Shown: one piece after another, positions 28,110-39,500 of the stretch
Layout of the letters: every line of letters begins with the position of its first letter
Position numbering within the stretch: position 1 is the first letter of the stretch
DNA from: Planctomycetota bacterium
Lineage (GTDB): Bacteria; Planctomycetota; Planctomycetia; Pirellulales; Pirellulaceae
Assembly (NCBI GenBank): GCA_046342615.1
Contig: JBKDPB010000206.1
Location: forward strand, 6,704-70,703
Reading direction: 5' to 3'
Length of the DNA: 64,000 bases
Notes under the pieces: model-generated
Database searches by the model: none
Told to the model about the DNA's origin: nothing
Seen by the model: only the letters and a program-made list of their open reading frames with translations
Program-made: the position numbers and the translations under genes

Positions 28110-29918
28110 CTATTCGATTCCCATAGCGACGCCGTCGTTGCGGCTCTCGGTCGCTCCATGAAGGACGTTGTTCTCCCAGTCGATCAGGATTCCTTGGTAA
28201 CCTCCCATCGAGGAACGGGCTGGCTTGAGCACATGTCCTCGGCGAGCGAGTTCCTGGACCGTGGCTTCTGGCAGCCCGGACTCGTAGTGGACAGTTCCTC
28301 CCTTGGGGTCGGCGGGAGTCCCGGTCGGGGTTGCACTCCCCTCATGGCGGACCCGCGCGGCATCCCCTGCCATTTGGATGTTCATTCCGAAGTCGATCCA
28401 GTTGACGAGAACCTGGACTTGGCCTTGGGGTTGCATATCACCCCCCATCACGCCGAACACGAAGACCGGTTTGCCGTCGCGCGTCACCAGCGATGGAATA
28501 ATGGTGTGAAACGGACGCTTGCCCGGCTCCAAACGATTGGGGTGGTCCTCGGACAGCGAGAATAGATTGCCGCGATTCTGCAGGGCGAAGCCGACATTGC
28601 CCGGAACGATTTGACTTCCGAAACCGTTGTAGTTGCTCTGGATCAACGAGCAGCAATTGCGGTCCTTGTCGACGACGCACAAGTAGACCGTATCGCCGTG
28701 AATCAATTTGGGATCTCCTGGCGGAACCTCTTTGGCTGCCAGTTGCATGTCGATGCGTTCGTTTTGGCGGCGCGCATACTCCATGCTACGGAGCCCCTCG
28801 ACTGGGACGTCGGAAAATGCCATGTCGGCGTAGAACCGGGCTCGATCCGCATACGCCAATTTCTTGGCTTCGATCAACAGATGCGTGTAGTCGGGAGAAC
28901 CCCACCCCATCGAGCGCACGTCGTGTTGTTCGAGGACATTCAAGATCTGCAACACTGAAAGCCCCTGACCGTTGGGTGGGATTTGCCATACGTCCAAGCC
29001 TCGATAGCGCGTTGAGATCGGATCCACCCAGGTGTTTTCATGTCGAGAAAAATCCTCGAGTTCGAGATAGCCGCCGTTGGCGCGGCTGAAGTCGACGATG
29101 CGCTTCGCCAGATCACCTCGATAAAATGCGTCGCGTCCGCCGCTGGCGATTTTTCGATAGCTGACTGCCAATCGCGGATTGGAGAAAACCTCTCCGGCTT
29201 GAGGGGCTCGTTTTCCGTCGAGCAGATAGGTGGCCTGCGAGTCGGGCCATTCCTTGAAGTTCGCAGCACCGCGCGCCCAGTATCCCGCGATTACGGGCGA
29301 AACCGGAAAACCATTTTCAGCGAGCTGAATCGCGGGTTCGAGCACTCGCGCCATCGGCAATCGGCCATGCCGTTCATGCAAATCATACCAACCCGCGACG
29401 CAGCCGGGGACGCTCCATGTCAAAGGGCCGAAGTTGGGGATCTCGTTCAACCCCTTCTCAAGAAACACCTCGCGTGCGAGTCGCATCGGAGCTCGGCCGC
29501 TGGCGTTCAGTCCCGTCACATGTCCCGACTTGGAATCCCAGACGATGGAGTACAGGTCTCCGCCGATGCCGCAGCTCATCGGCTCCACCACTCCGAGGAC
29601 GGCGTTGGCCGCGATGGCGGCATCGACGGCTGATCCCCCTTGCTGAAGGATTTGGAGAGCTGCCGCGGTAGCTCGCGGATCGCTCGTGCATGCCATTCCT
29701 CCGCGGGCATAAACCACCGAACGGCTTTGGGCCGCGGGACCCATCGGTCGGTCGTAGCGTCCGATGGGCGGGGGGTCGGTTCGCCCCTCTTGCTGGGCGA
29801 CCCCTGGTCCAGGGCTGGCGAGCGACATCAGGATCCCAGCAATCGCCATCCTGCTCCTTTGAATCGAAGGGCTGGACTTCGGTGCATCGATGTGTTTAAC
29901 GTTTGCGTGGGACTGCAT
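28110..29918 (-). CDS. ggt: Gamma-glutamyltransferase
   Basis: GGSAVDAAIAANAVLGVVEPMSCGIGGD, catalytic Thr in GDTVY, PGKRPFHTIIP, GVMGGDMQPQG. Confidence 0.95.
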   Translation of the reverse strand: MQSHANVKHIDAPKSSPSIQRSRMAIAGILMSLASPGPGVAQQEGRTDPPPIGRYDRPMGPAAQSRSVVYARGGMACTSDPRATAAALQILQQGGSAVDAAIAANAVLGVVEPMSCGIGGDLYSIVWDSKSGHVTGLNASGRAPMRLAREVFLEKGLNEIPNFGPLTWSVPGCVAGWYDLHERHGRLPMARVLEPAIQLAENGFPVSPVIAGYWARGAANFKEWPDSQATYLLDGKRAPQAGEVFSNPRLAVSYRKIASGGRDAFYRGDLAKRIVDFSRANGGYLELEDFSRHENTWVDPISTRYRGLDVWQIPPNGQGLSVLQILNVLEQHDVRSMGWGSPDYTHLLIEAKKLAYADRARFYADMAFSDVPVEGLRSMEYARRQNERIDMQLAAKEVPPGDPKLIHGDTVYLCVVDKDRNCCSLIQSNYNGFGSQIVPGNVGFALQNRGNLFSLSEDHPNRLEPGKRPFHTIIPSLVTRDGKPVFVFGVMGGDMQPQGQVQVLVNWIDFGMNIQMAGDAARVRHEGSATPTGTPADPKGGTVHYESGLPEATVQELARRGHVLKPARSSMGGYQGILIDWENNVLHGATESRNDGVAMGIE

Positions 29919-31686
29919 AGTGGAAGTAACCGATCATCATTTCTTCGTAGGTCTGGTCGCCCCAGGTTACCCAGGATTTCGGGTCGGGGTTGTTGAGGTT
30001 GTTCTCGGAATTGTCGAAGACCGCTTCGCAGAAGATACGGCATCCTTTGGGGAGCGACCGTTTTTCGGCCAGTCGGTATTCGGTTTGCCAATTGAAGTCG
30101 TAGTTGGGGACGTCGAGCAGAACTTCTCGGGACTTGTCGGGAGAGACCAGCGTATAGCGGAACGATTTGCCTCGCACGTGCATGTGGGGGCTCATGGCCA
30201 GCAGTTCGCATTCCGGGAGTCGCTCGGGCAGCATGGCCGTCGTCCGATAGTCCGCATCGCCGGGGGGGATGCGAAAGCGAGGATTGAGCGCGCTGGATGT
30301 GAGGACTTCGTTTGTCACGGTCGATGGATCGGCGACAACGAATCCGACCTTGCTCAAATCTTCTTGAGGTGAGCCGTTGGGGGTGTAGTGGACTTGGAAG
30401 ATCAGTTGGCTGTTGGGAGGAATGCGCTTCGCGTAGCCGGGCGGCATCATCTCCGCGCGGGTGCCGGGAACGTAGCCGGCCAGGAAGCTTCGTTCGCCCC
30501 CCAATTCCCGACGTCGAGATCCTTTTTCGCGAGCGAAGATCAAGATGTGGTGGACGACTTCGCGATTGCCGGGGACCACCTCCATGCCTCGGAACCAAAG
30601 CTCCGATTCATTTTTGAGATCGGTCACGAAATACTGATACCTGACTTCACCCTGGGCGGGGATCTTGTAAGGTTTGTCGGCCATGGGTACGACGAGGTCG
30701 GGTTGCTCGGGAAGGAGCCATCCCTCGGTGAACGTCAGCTTGGTAGGTTCCTTGGCGGCATCGCCGCGCGGTGCGCCGTTGCGAGCCCAGTCAGCGATCC
30801 ATTGCACTTCTCGTTCCGTCAAGCGGCGATCGTTGGAGAAGTGGCCATGCTCCGGATTGGCATGCCATGGGGGCATGCGTCGGTCCTGTGTCACCTCGAC
30901 GATCATATCGGCCCAGGCGGAGGCATCATCATACGAGCTGAGATCCATCGGTCCGATGTCCCCCTCGCGATGGCAAGCCACGCAGCGGGTTTGTAAAATC
31001 GGTGCGATGTGTTCGGAGTAGGTAATCGACTCGGAATCCGAAGATGCGGTCGATGAAGACTTGATGCTGCGTCCGATCAAGCAACCGGAAGCGGCTGCGG
31101 ATGCGACCGAGACGGGTTCGCCGCGAACGATCGCTTCGATGGCGCCGCGCAATTCGTTCTTGGTCGGTTGGTCCTTGGCATAGCCGATCCCGTATTGGTC
31201 ATCGATGCGGCCGCGATACCACAGGATGCGTTTGGCGTCTAGGACGCAGACTTCGGGAGTGCGACTTGCGCCGCATAGGTCGGCGACGCGTTGGTCGGGA
31301 TCTTTGAGAAAGGGGATCTGCAGCTCGAATCGTCGAGCGTGCGCGGCCATCTCGGCGAGCGAGTCTTGGACATTGGAATCGACAGCGATGAACCGAATCC
31401 CTTTGTCGCGGAACTCGGACTCCATCGAAGCGATGCGTTGGGTGTATTGTTTCGCCAGAGGGCATTGGGTCCCGAGAAACGCGATCACGGTTCCTCGTTC
31501 GCCAAACAGTTCGCGATCCTTCCATTCACGCCCTTGGTAGTCGGTCAATTGGAAGGCGTCCACAGGATCGCCGATCGCAGCGCGCTGGCGACCCTTTGAG
31601 GTTTCATCGGCGTCCAACCGATCGACCCCGTAGGCAGAAATCACAGCCGCCATCACCATCCATGCAACCCATCGGATGCCCATCAT
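29896..31686 (-). CDS. Redoxin-domain / c-type heme / copper monooxygenase-like multidomain exported protein
   Basis: AhpC/TSA-like N-domain (CPLA, TPEV, YRGRIDDQY), CVACH, MPPW, then HH, HY, HMH and EEMM motifs. Confidence 0.8.
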   Translation of the reverse strand: MMGIRWVAWMVMAAVISAYGVDRLDADETSKGRQRAAIGDPVDAFQLTDYQGREWKDRELFGERGTVIAFLGTQCPLAKQYTQRIASMESEFRDKGIRFIAVDSNVQDSLAEMAAHARRFELQIPFLKDPDQRVADLCGASRTPEVCVLDAKRILWYRGRIDDQYGIGYAKDQPTKNELRGAIEAIVRGEPVSVASAAASGCLIGRSIKSSSTASSDSESITYSEHIAPILQTRCVACHREGDIGPMDLSSYDDASAWADMIVEVTQDRRMPPWHANPEHGHFSNDRRLTEREVQWIADWARNGAPRGDAAKEPTKLTFTEGWLLPEQPDLVVPMADKPYKIPAQGEVRYQYFVTDLKNESELWFRGMEVVPGNREVVHHILIFAREKGSRRRELGGERSFLAGYVPGTRAEMMPPGYAKRIPPNSQLIFQVHYTPNGSPQEDLSKVGFVVADPSTVTNEVLTSSALNPRFRIPPGDADYRTTAMLPERLPECELLAMSPHMHVRGKSFRYTLVSPDKSREVLLDVPNYDFNWQTEYRLAEKRSLPKGCRIFCEAVFDNSENNLNNPDPKSWVTWGDQTYEEMMIGYFHYAVPRKR

Positions 31687-31871
31687 CTATGCCTTTTGCG
31701 TTGGAGATCGTCCCTTCGGAACTCGGATGGGATACTGGTTCGTTCCTGGGAAGATAATCTGGGCGTTTCGAGGCAAATCAGCAAGGTTAATCTCAAAAAA
31801 AGACGGCTCTCCCCCGTGAAACGGGGAAAAACCGTCTTTGCAACTGGAGGGGATGTCGGACAGCGGATCGG

Positions 31872-34800
31872 TTATTTCCACTTGGGAATGGTTCGCCCGG
31901 GAGTCCAGGGTGCACCCATCTCGTCCAGACGTTTCAGGATCGCGGGAATATCGGTCTCGAGCAACTGATTGAGTTCCACCATCGCCGCATCGAATTGCTC
32001 GCCTGCGATTTCGAATTGTCGGCGGTGGGTTCCGGTTGGACCCGAGGTGCTCCCCATCGCGCCCATCATGGCGTTGGCCAAGCGGCTCGACAGACCCGGC
32101 ATCGCGTCTTCGTTCCGCTTGGTTCGGGTTGGGTCGCCGGAGAATTTTTCTTGGATATCCAACAATCGCACCTGCAGAGCGCGGATATCCTTCCAGAGTG
32201 CCGGATCGACTTCGGCGGCGGATTTGGTGAGGGCTTCGATCGCGGACAAATGCTCGGATGCCTCGCTCGCTTGTTGCGTAGCCGCATTGGCGGCATTGGC
32301 CAGTTTGAGCACTTGCTTCGAGAAGTCCAGGATGGCTTGGCGATTGATTTCCGTTGTATCGCCGAAGGTCAGCGGTTCGATTTCGAACTCGACCTTGGGG
32401 ATGACTTCGGTCACGTTTCCATCGACCATTTGCGAGACTTCGACGGTGTATTTTCCAGGAACGGCGATCGGTCCGGTTCCTGCGGAGCGGCGACGTCCGC
32501 CGCCGCTTCCGGCATGGCGGAAGTCCCAGGTCGTGCGGACCATCCCTTTGTCGGTTGAGGTTGGGATCTTTCGAACGATGCCGCCAGCAGCATCGCGAAT
32601 GGTCAACCATCGCGAGGGTGCGACTTCGCGATCCTCGGCTTTGAGATCTTCCCAGCTGGGATAGGGGGCATCTTTGCCAGCGCTGCTCCGTTCGCGATCC
32701 CGTTTCTCGCGTTCCGATTTTTTCGACTTCAGTTCTTCTTTGAGGTGAAACGTGAAGGTGACTCCGTAATCGGGATTGGGAGCGGTGTAGAAATTAGCTC
32801 CCTGGAAGCCGCGGTCCGAGACACCCATCGGGGTGATGGTTTGGAACATCTGTCCCTTCTTGATCGGGAACATGTGATTGGTTTCGAGCAGCTCGGGCTT
32901 CAGATCGCGAAGCGGTGAGTAATCGTCGAGGATATAGAAACCTCGACCGAAAGTCGCCAAGACCAAATCGTTTTCGCGGCGTTGGATTTCCATGTCGCGG
33001 ACGGAAATGGTGGGCAATCCCGATTTGATGGCGACCCATTTTTCGCCGCCGTCGAGGGTGAAAAAGACGCCGAACTCCGTTCCGCAGAACAGGAGCTTTG
33101 GATTGACGTGATCTTGCTTGAGGGTGTAGACGCTGCCGCGCGGAGGCAGGTTGCCGGTGATTTCCGACCAGGATCGACCGCGGTCGGTCGATTTCAGAAT
33201 GTAGGGCTTGAAGTCTCCTCGTTTGTGGTTCTGTATCGCAACATACACGGTATTGTCATCGTGGAGGTCGGCTTCGATGTCGTTGATGTAGCCGAATTCA
33301 GGGACGTCCAGCGTGCCGAACGCGTCCACCTTGCGCCACGATGTGCCGCCGTCTTCGCTGATCTGGACCAAGCCCTCGTCAGTCCCCACGTACAGGAGTC
33401 CCGCGACTCGAGGCGATTCATCCAGGGAGACGATGTTGCCGTAGAGTGAAGTCGATGTGTTTTTGGCGACGGCATCGACTCCCCACACGCGACCCATGAC
33501 CTTGAGTTGGTTTCGGTCGATTTGACGGGAGAGATCGGGACTGATCGCGGTCCAGTTGTCGCCTCGATCGTCGCTGCGAAAGAGGATTTGGGAGGCGTAG
33601 TAGAGCCGTTTGGGGTTATGCGGCGAGAGCAACAGGGGCGAATCCCAATTCCACCGCAGGGGTGGACCTTCCTTCGACTCCTGCGGCTTGATATCGACGC
33701 GTTCGCCGGTCTTTCGATTGTAGCGCACCAAGCCTCCGTATTGCCACTGCGAGTAGACCGTATCCGGATCTTCCGGGTCGACCGCAGGCTCAAAACCGTC
33801 GCCGAAGACGGTCACAAACCAATCGCTGTTGCGGATGCCGTGATCGTTGTTGGTTCGCGACGGGCCCCCTTGGGTCGCGTTGTCCTGGGTTCCGCCATAC
33901 ACGTAGTAGAACGGCTTGTCGTTGGAGACTGCGACGCGATAGAACTGCGTGATCGGCAAGTTTTCTTTGTAGTCGTAGGTTTTGCAACGGTCCCACGTTT
34001 CGTAGATTCCGCCATCGCAACCGACGATGAGGTGGTTGGGGTCGTCTGGGTCGATGACCAGGGCCTGATTGTCGACATGCTTGTCCTCTTCGCCGGCTTG
34101 AACGAACGTCTTGCCGCCGTCTTCGCTGACCATGAGATTCGTGTCGAGCGAGTAGATTCGATCGATATTGTGCGGACAGCAAACGATTTCGTTGTAGTAT
34201 TGAGGGCCTCCGGAGACGTAACCGCTCATGCGTTCCCAGGTCTCTCCCCGGTTCTTGCTCCTGTAGAATCCGCCCTTGCCTTCGCCGGCTTCGACAATGG
34301 CGAAGACCACTTCGGGATTGACGGGCGAGATATCGAGTCCGATGCGTCCCAGATCACCGCCGGGCAATCCGCGGTTGGCTTTCTTCCAGCTGTTCCCTCC
34401 GTCGGTCGACTTGTAAACCGCGGACTCGGGGCCGCCATCGATCAGCACCCATTCATGCCGGCGGCGCTGGTAAGAAGTGGCGTACATCACGTCCGGGTTC
34501 TCGGGGTCGATATGCACTTCGTTGACGCCGGTCATCGGGCTGATGTCGAGAACCTTGGTCCAGGATTTACCGCCGTCGGTGGTTCGATAGAGTCCGCGGT
34601 CGCCGCCATCTTTCCAGAGGGGGCCTTGGGCGGCGACAAACACGGTATTGGGATCGGTTGGGTGGACGGCAATCATGCCGATGTGTTCGCTGTTCTCCAA
34701 GCCAACTTTGGCAAACGACTGGCCGCCGTCGGTCGATTTGTAGACTCCATCTCCATACGCGACGCTTCGCTGCGAGTTGTTTTCGCCTGTGCCGACCCAC

Positions 34801-35144
34801 ACGGTGTGCCGATCGTGGGGGCTGACCGTGATGCAGCCGATCGAGAACGAACTGTAGCCGTCGAAGATGGGGCTGAAGGTAACGCCGGCGTTCGTCGTCT
34901 TCCACACACCTCCCGAGGACGCAGCGATGTACCAAGTGGATCGATTCACCGGATCGACCGCGATGTCACCGATTCGCCCGGACATGAAGGCTGGTCCGAT
35001 GCAGCGGAACTTCAGTGGGGAAACCAAGCCGGAATGGATACCGGGTGTTTCATCCTTGCGCTCGTCGGAGTCCTGCGCCTTTCCGCTCGGGGCGATCATT
35101 CCGACAGCGATCGTTGCTGCCAAAGTCCAGGTGCGTTTCAACAT
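31872..35144 (-). CDS. BNR/Asp-box repeat (VPS10/sortilin-like) glycosyl hydrolase-like secreted protein
   Basis: RCIGPAFMSGRI, repeated S/T-x-D-G-G-x-S/T-W Asp boxes, GGTQDN, ATFGRGFYILDD. Signal peptide at MLKRTW. Confidence 0.88.
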   Translation of the reverse strand: MLKRTWTLAATIAVGMIAPSGKAQDSDERKDETPGIHSGLVSPLKFRCIGPAFMSGRIGDIAVDPVNRSTWYIAASSGGVWKTTNAGVTFSPIFDGYSSFSIGCITVSPHDRHTVWVGTGENNSQRSVAYGDGVYKSTDGGQSFAKVGLENSEHIGMIAVHPTDPNTVFVAAQGPLWKDGGDRGLYRTTDGGKSWTKVLDISPMTGVNEVHIDPENPDVMYATSYQRRRHEWVLIDGGPESAVYKSTDGGNSWKKANRGLPGGDLGRIGLDISPVNPEVVFAIVEAGEGKGGFYRSKNRGETWERMSGYVSGGPQYYNEIVCCPHNIDRIYSLDTNLMVSEDGGKTFVQAGEEDKHVDNQALVIDPDDPNHLIVGCDGGIYETWDRCKTYDYKENLPITQFYRVAVSNDKPFYYVYGGTQDNATQGGPSRTNNDHGIRNSDWFVTVFGDGFEPAVDPEDPDTVYSQWQYGGLVRYNRKTGERVDIKPQESKEGPPLRWNWDSPLLLSPHNPKRLYYASQILFRSDDRGDNWTAISPDLSRQIDRNQLKVMGRVWGVDAVAKNTSTSLYGNIVSLDESPRVAGLLYVGTDEGLVQISEDGGTSWRKVDAFGTLDVPEFGYINDIEADLHDDNTVYVAIQNHKRGDFKPYILKSTDRGRSWSEITGNLPPRGSVYTLKQDHVNPKLLFCGTEFGVFFTLDGGEKWVAIKSGLPTISVRDMEIQRRENDLVLATFGRGFYILDDYSPLRDLKPELLETNHMFPIKKGQMFQTITPMGVSDRGFQGANFYTAPNPDYGVTFTFHLKEELKSKKSEREKRDRERSSAGKDAPYPSWEDLKAEDREVAPSRWLTIRDAAGGIVRKIPTSTDKGMVRTTWDFRHAGSGGGRRRSAGTGPIAVPGKYTVEVSQMVDGNVTEVIPKVEFEIEPLTFGDTTEINRQAILDFSKQVLKLANAANAATQQASEASEHLSAIEALTKSAAEVDPALWKDIRALQVRLLDIQEKFSGDPTRTKRNEDAMPGLSSRLANAMMGAMGSTSGPTGTHRRQFEIAGEQFDAAMVELNQLLETDIPAILKRLDEMGAPWTPGRTIPKWK

Positions 35145-35422
35145 TCTTATCCCTTGTTTCCGTAGATGACAAACTTGATCTGGGGAACCTCTGGAGGTGC
35201 ACAATCCATGGGCTCTAAGTTAATTGCCCAGGCGATTTTTTGTATACGGGGTAGCGAAGCCGGGTTATTTTCCGCGAAATCGGACCTGGGGCCCTCGAGT
35301 TCGATACATTTTGTTTCCAAATCAAGCTTGTGATTCGATGCTCGATGAGGCACCATGGCATGGAAGCTCCTCGAGGCGATTCGCCTCCTGATTCAACATC
35401 AAACGACTTTCCACCACCCGGC

Positions 35423-36532
35423 ATGAAATCACGCCAGACACTCTCCGCCCTCGTTGGTTCCGCCTTGGTGCTCATCGCCACGGCGGGCATTGGTTGGGGG
35501 CTGCTCGCTTACAAATCCGGGCAGATCGCCGGGGCCAAGAGCAAGCCCGCTCCAGCGGAAGTGGTCGAATCGGTGCGGATCGACCCGGTTCAGGAATCCG
35601 AGTTCCGTCAGTCGACCAGTGCGATCGGAACCGTGGTCGCCCCTCAGTGGATGACGGTCCGGACGGAATCTAGCGGTCGCATCAACGCTCTCCATGTCGG
35701 TTCCGGTCAGACCGTCAAGAAGGGGGATCTGCTTCTCGAGTTGGACTGCAGCGTGGAGATCGCCTCCAGAAAGGCAGCCCAAGCCAAATTGAACATGGCA
35801 ACCCGAGCGCTCAAGCGACTGACCGGATTGAGTGAATCCGGAGCGGTATCCAGCACGGAATTGGAGCAAAGCCAATTCGACAAGGAAAGCGCCGAGGCGG
35901 AAATCGAACGGCTTGATGCCGTCATTGCAAAACGGAGCCTTCGGGCGCCCTACGATGCGCGTGTCGGATTGATCAATGTCTCCGTGGGGCAGTATCTGCC
36001 CGAGGGGGTCGAGCTGACGACGTTGACGGGAACGGACAATCGTTTTTATGTCGACTTTGCAATCCCTCAGTCGATTTCGAGTTCCATCCATCTCGGTCAG
36101 CAGGTCGAGGTCCGGGTGCAGGGCAAGCGATTCGATGCCGCGGTGATCGCTGTCGACGCGCGGTCCGATCGCTTCACCCGCAATCTGATGGTTCGCGCCG
36201 AGTGCGATGCGCCTGATGGCCGCCCCTCCCCCAATGATTCCGTCAACGTCTTCGTCGAGTACGGACCCAAGAACAAGGCGGTTGCAATCCCGGCTTCCGC
36301 GGTCTTGCGTTCACCCGAGGGATCGTTTGTCTATACCGTCGTCGCCGACGACAAAGGGGTCGATCGAGCGGTGAGGCGTCCGGTGAAGACCCTGCAGACG
36401 GTCGAGAACACGGTCGTGATTCAGGAGGGCTTGGCCTTGGGAGATCGCGTCATTTCGCAAGGGTCCTTCAAGCTGCGTCCAGGATTGGCTGTTCGCGATG
36501 TTCGTGTCAGCTCAGACAAAGGCGGGAGCTGA
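35423..36532 (+). CDS. RND efflux periplasmic adaptor subunit
   Basis: N-terminal TM, GQTVKKGDLL lipoyl-like motif, LRAPYDARVG. Adjacent to the RND permease. Confidence 0.9.
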   Translation: MKSRQTLSALVGSALVLIATAGIGWGLLAYKSGQIAGAKSKPAPAEVVESVRIDPVQESEFRQSTSAIGTVVAPQWMTVRTESSGRINALHVGSGQTVKKGDLLLELDCSVEIASRKAAQAKLNMATRALKRLTGLSESGAVSSTELEQSQFDKESAEAEIERLDAVIAKRSLRAPYDARVGLINVSVGQYLPEGVELTTLTGTDNRFYVDFAIPQSISSSIHLGQQVEVRVQGKRFDAAVIAVDARSDRFTRNLMVRAECDAPDGRPSPNDSVNVFVEYGPKNKAVAIPASAVLRSPEGSFVYTVVADDKGVDRAVRRPVKTLQTVENTVVIQEGLALGDRVISQGSFKLRPGLAVRDVRVSSDKGGS

Positions 36533-36538
36533 ACGGCC

Positions 36539-39500
36539 TTGAAATCGATCACCGACCTGTTTCTTCGCTATCCGATCATTGCGATGGTGCTCAACCTCAC
36601 GATCGTGCTCGTCGGGTTGCGCACCATCTTTCTCCTGCCCATTCAGCAGTTCCCGAAGTTCGAGAGTACCTCGATCACGATCCGGACGTATTACACCGGA
36701 GCCAGCGCCGAAACGATCCGAGGGTTTTTGACGGTTCCGATCGAACGAGCTGTCTCGTCGATCGCCGGAGTCGATTTCGTCGAGTCATCGAGCACGGCGG
36801 GCTCGAGCGAAGTGGAGATTCGCCTGAAATTCAATCATAACAGCACGCAGGCGCTGACCGAGGTCAATGCGCGGCTGCAGCAGATTCGGCGCGAATTGCC
36901 AACGGATGCCGAGTCTCCCTCGGTGTTCATTGAGCGAGCCGATCGGCCCACCGCTTCGATGTATCTGAGTTTCACTTCGGACGAGTGGGACATCTCGCAG
37001 ATCACCGATTGGCTCAGTCGAAATATTCAGCCTCAGTTGTCGACCGTCGATGGAATTCAACGGATTGGCGTCGAAGCGGGTCGATTGCCTGCGATGCGCA
37101 TCTGGATCCTTCCTCAGAGGCTCTCGGAGCTGAATCTGACGGCGGGCGAAGTCTTCTCGGCTTTGCAAAGAAACAATTTCTTAGCGGCCATCGGCCGAGT
37201 AAAGAACCAGGATAGTCAGGTCGACCTCGTCACCAACACCGACCTGAAGTCGGTTGAGGAATTCGAGGAACTGGTTGTCATCCAACGTCCTTCGGGAACC
37301 ATTCGCCTCAAGGACATCGCGCGCGTCGAACTCGGTGCGGAGGAAGCGGGTGCCGTGGCGATGTACAAGGGTCGCGATGCGGTTTACGTGTCGGTATGGC
37401 CCCTGCCCGGGGTGAACGAGATCGAGGTCTCGCGCAAGCTTCGCGCAGCCATGGACGATCTGCGCGGCACCCTCCCCGATCACTTGAAAGCCGATGTCGC
37501 GTTCGATGCGACCCGGTTCATGGAAGAAGCGTTGACCGAGATCGGCAAGACGCTGTTCGAAACGATTCTGATCGTTGGGGTCGTCGTGTTCCTGTTCGTA
37601 GGTTCGATTCGAACGGCGCTGGTTCCCCTGATCGCCATGCCTGTTTCGTTGATCGGCGCGGCCCTCCTGATGTACATCATGGGATTCAGCCTCAACCTGC
37701 TCACCATTCTGGCGATCGTTCTCTCGGTAGGATTGGTCGTCGATGATGCGATTGTCGTCGTCGAAAACATTCAGCGGCATATCCAGGAGGGGGAAAGCCG
37801 GTTGCGAGCCGCCGTTCTCGGTTCTCGCGAACTGGTCGGACCGATCATCGCTATGACGATCACACTGGCAGTGGTCTACACGCCGATCGGGTTCCAGACG
37901 GGACTGACGGGGATGCTGTTTAAGGAGTTTGCCTTTTCGCTGGCGGCAGCGGTCATCGTTTCTGGTTTCGCCGCCATCACCCTCTCCCCGATCATGAGCG
38001 CGTACTTGATTCCGGCCAGCGGACGCGAAGGATGGTTGTCCCGGCAGACCAATCGATTCTTTGACTGGCTCAAGGAATACTACGGCGTTGCAGTCGAATT
38101 CGCGGTGCGCATCCGTTGGGCGCTGATCGCCATGACCTTCATGATCACATTGTTCGCCTGGCCTCTTTACCAACAGAGCGGTCGCGAACTGGCTCCCGTG
38201 GAGGACCAAAGCAGCATCACCATCGGAATCCAAGCCGCCCCGGACGCGTCCTTGAACTCGACGTCGGAGGCGATCTCGCAGTTGTCGAGCAAGCTGCAGT
38301 CAATTCCCGAAGTCAATTACGTCTGGGCGGTCGCATTTTCGAGTGGCGGCTTCGGCGGCATCCAAACGGTCGATTTCCATCATCGATCTCGGACCACCAA
38401 GAAGATGCTCAACGATGTCTACAAGCAGGTCGCCGATACGACCAGTATCAAGGCCTACCCGGGCTTGCCGAGTTCGCTGCCCGGCGCTGGCAGTTCTGAT
38501 GTGGAACTGATCGTGAAGACGGATCGCTCCATCGAAGAGCTTGGGACTCAAGCGGGTCAGATCGTCACTCAGGGCTATGCATCCGGCAAGTTCCGCTACG
38601 TGGATACGGACCTCAAAATCGATCTGCCGCAGGCCATCGTCGAGGTCGATCGCATGCGAGTCGCCGACCTGGGCATGGACCTGGCCGCCGTTGGACGCGA
38701 ACTGGGGGTCTTGCTCGGCGGCGCCTACGTGAACCGATTCAACTACTTCAATCGCAATTATCAAGTCATCCCTCAATTGGAGGAACAATCGCGGCGCGAT
38801 GCCATGTCGCTGCTGGACTTGAAGGTTCGCTCGCCTGCTCCCATCGGTTCCGGTGCCGAATCCCAGATGATTCCCGTCTCCTCGTTCGTCGCCATCAACC
38901 CCAAGGTCGCCCCTCGCTCGCTGCAGCGATTCCAGCAACAAAACAGCTTCCGTCTGACCGCCAGCGTGGGTGAGGGAATGACCAAAGCCGATGGCATGCA
39001 TGAGTTGGAGAATATCGCCCGAAGCGTGATGGGCCAGGATGCCAAGATCGATTACGGGGGCGAGTCGCGACAGATCCGGAACGAAGGCGCCGCCTTTGGG
39101 GTGACCATGAGCTTTGCCATGATCCTGATCTACCTGACCCTGACCGCCCAATTCCAGAGCTTTCGAGACCCGCTGATTGTCTTGCTGGGAAGCGTCCCGC
39201 TCGCAATCTCGAGCGCGTTGGCCTGGACCTTTACCGGTTGGACCACGATCAATATCTACTCGCAGGTAGGGCTCATTACCCTGGTGGGCTTGGTCGCCAA
39301 GAACGGTATCTTGATCGTCGAGTTCGCGAATCACTTGCAAGCCGAGGGGATGACCAAAGGCCAGGCCGTGGTCGAGGCTGCCAAAACGCGGCTGCGCCCC
39401 ATTTTGATGACCTCGGCCGCTACGGTTTTGGGGCATTTTCCCTTGGTGTTGGTGGTGGGGCCCGGGGCTGAAGCCCGCAACAGCATCGGCATCATCCTGG

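Noticed and set aside
33507-35165. 552-aa plus-strand ORF, and similar long antisense ORFs at 38300-39667, 40480-41826, 52269-53726 and 57196-58560
   Set aside because: These are shadows of well-supported genes on the opposite strand in GC-rich DNA and have no recognisable motifs.
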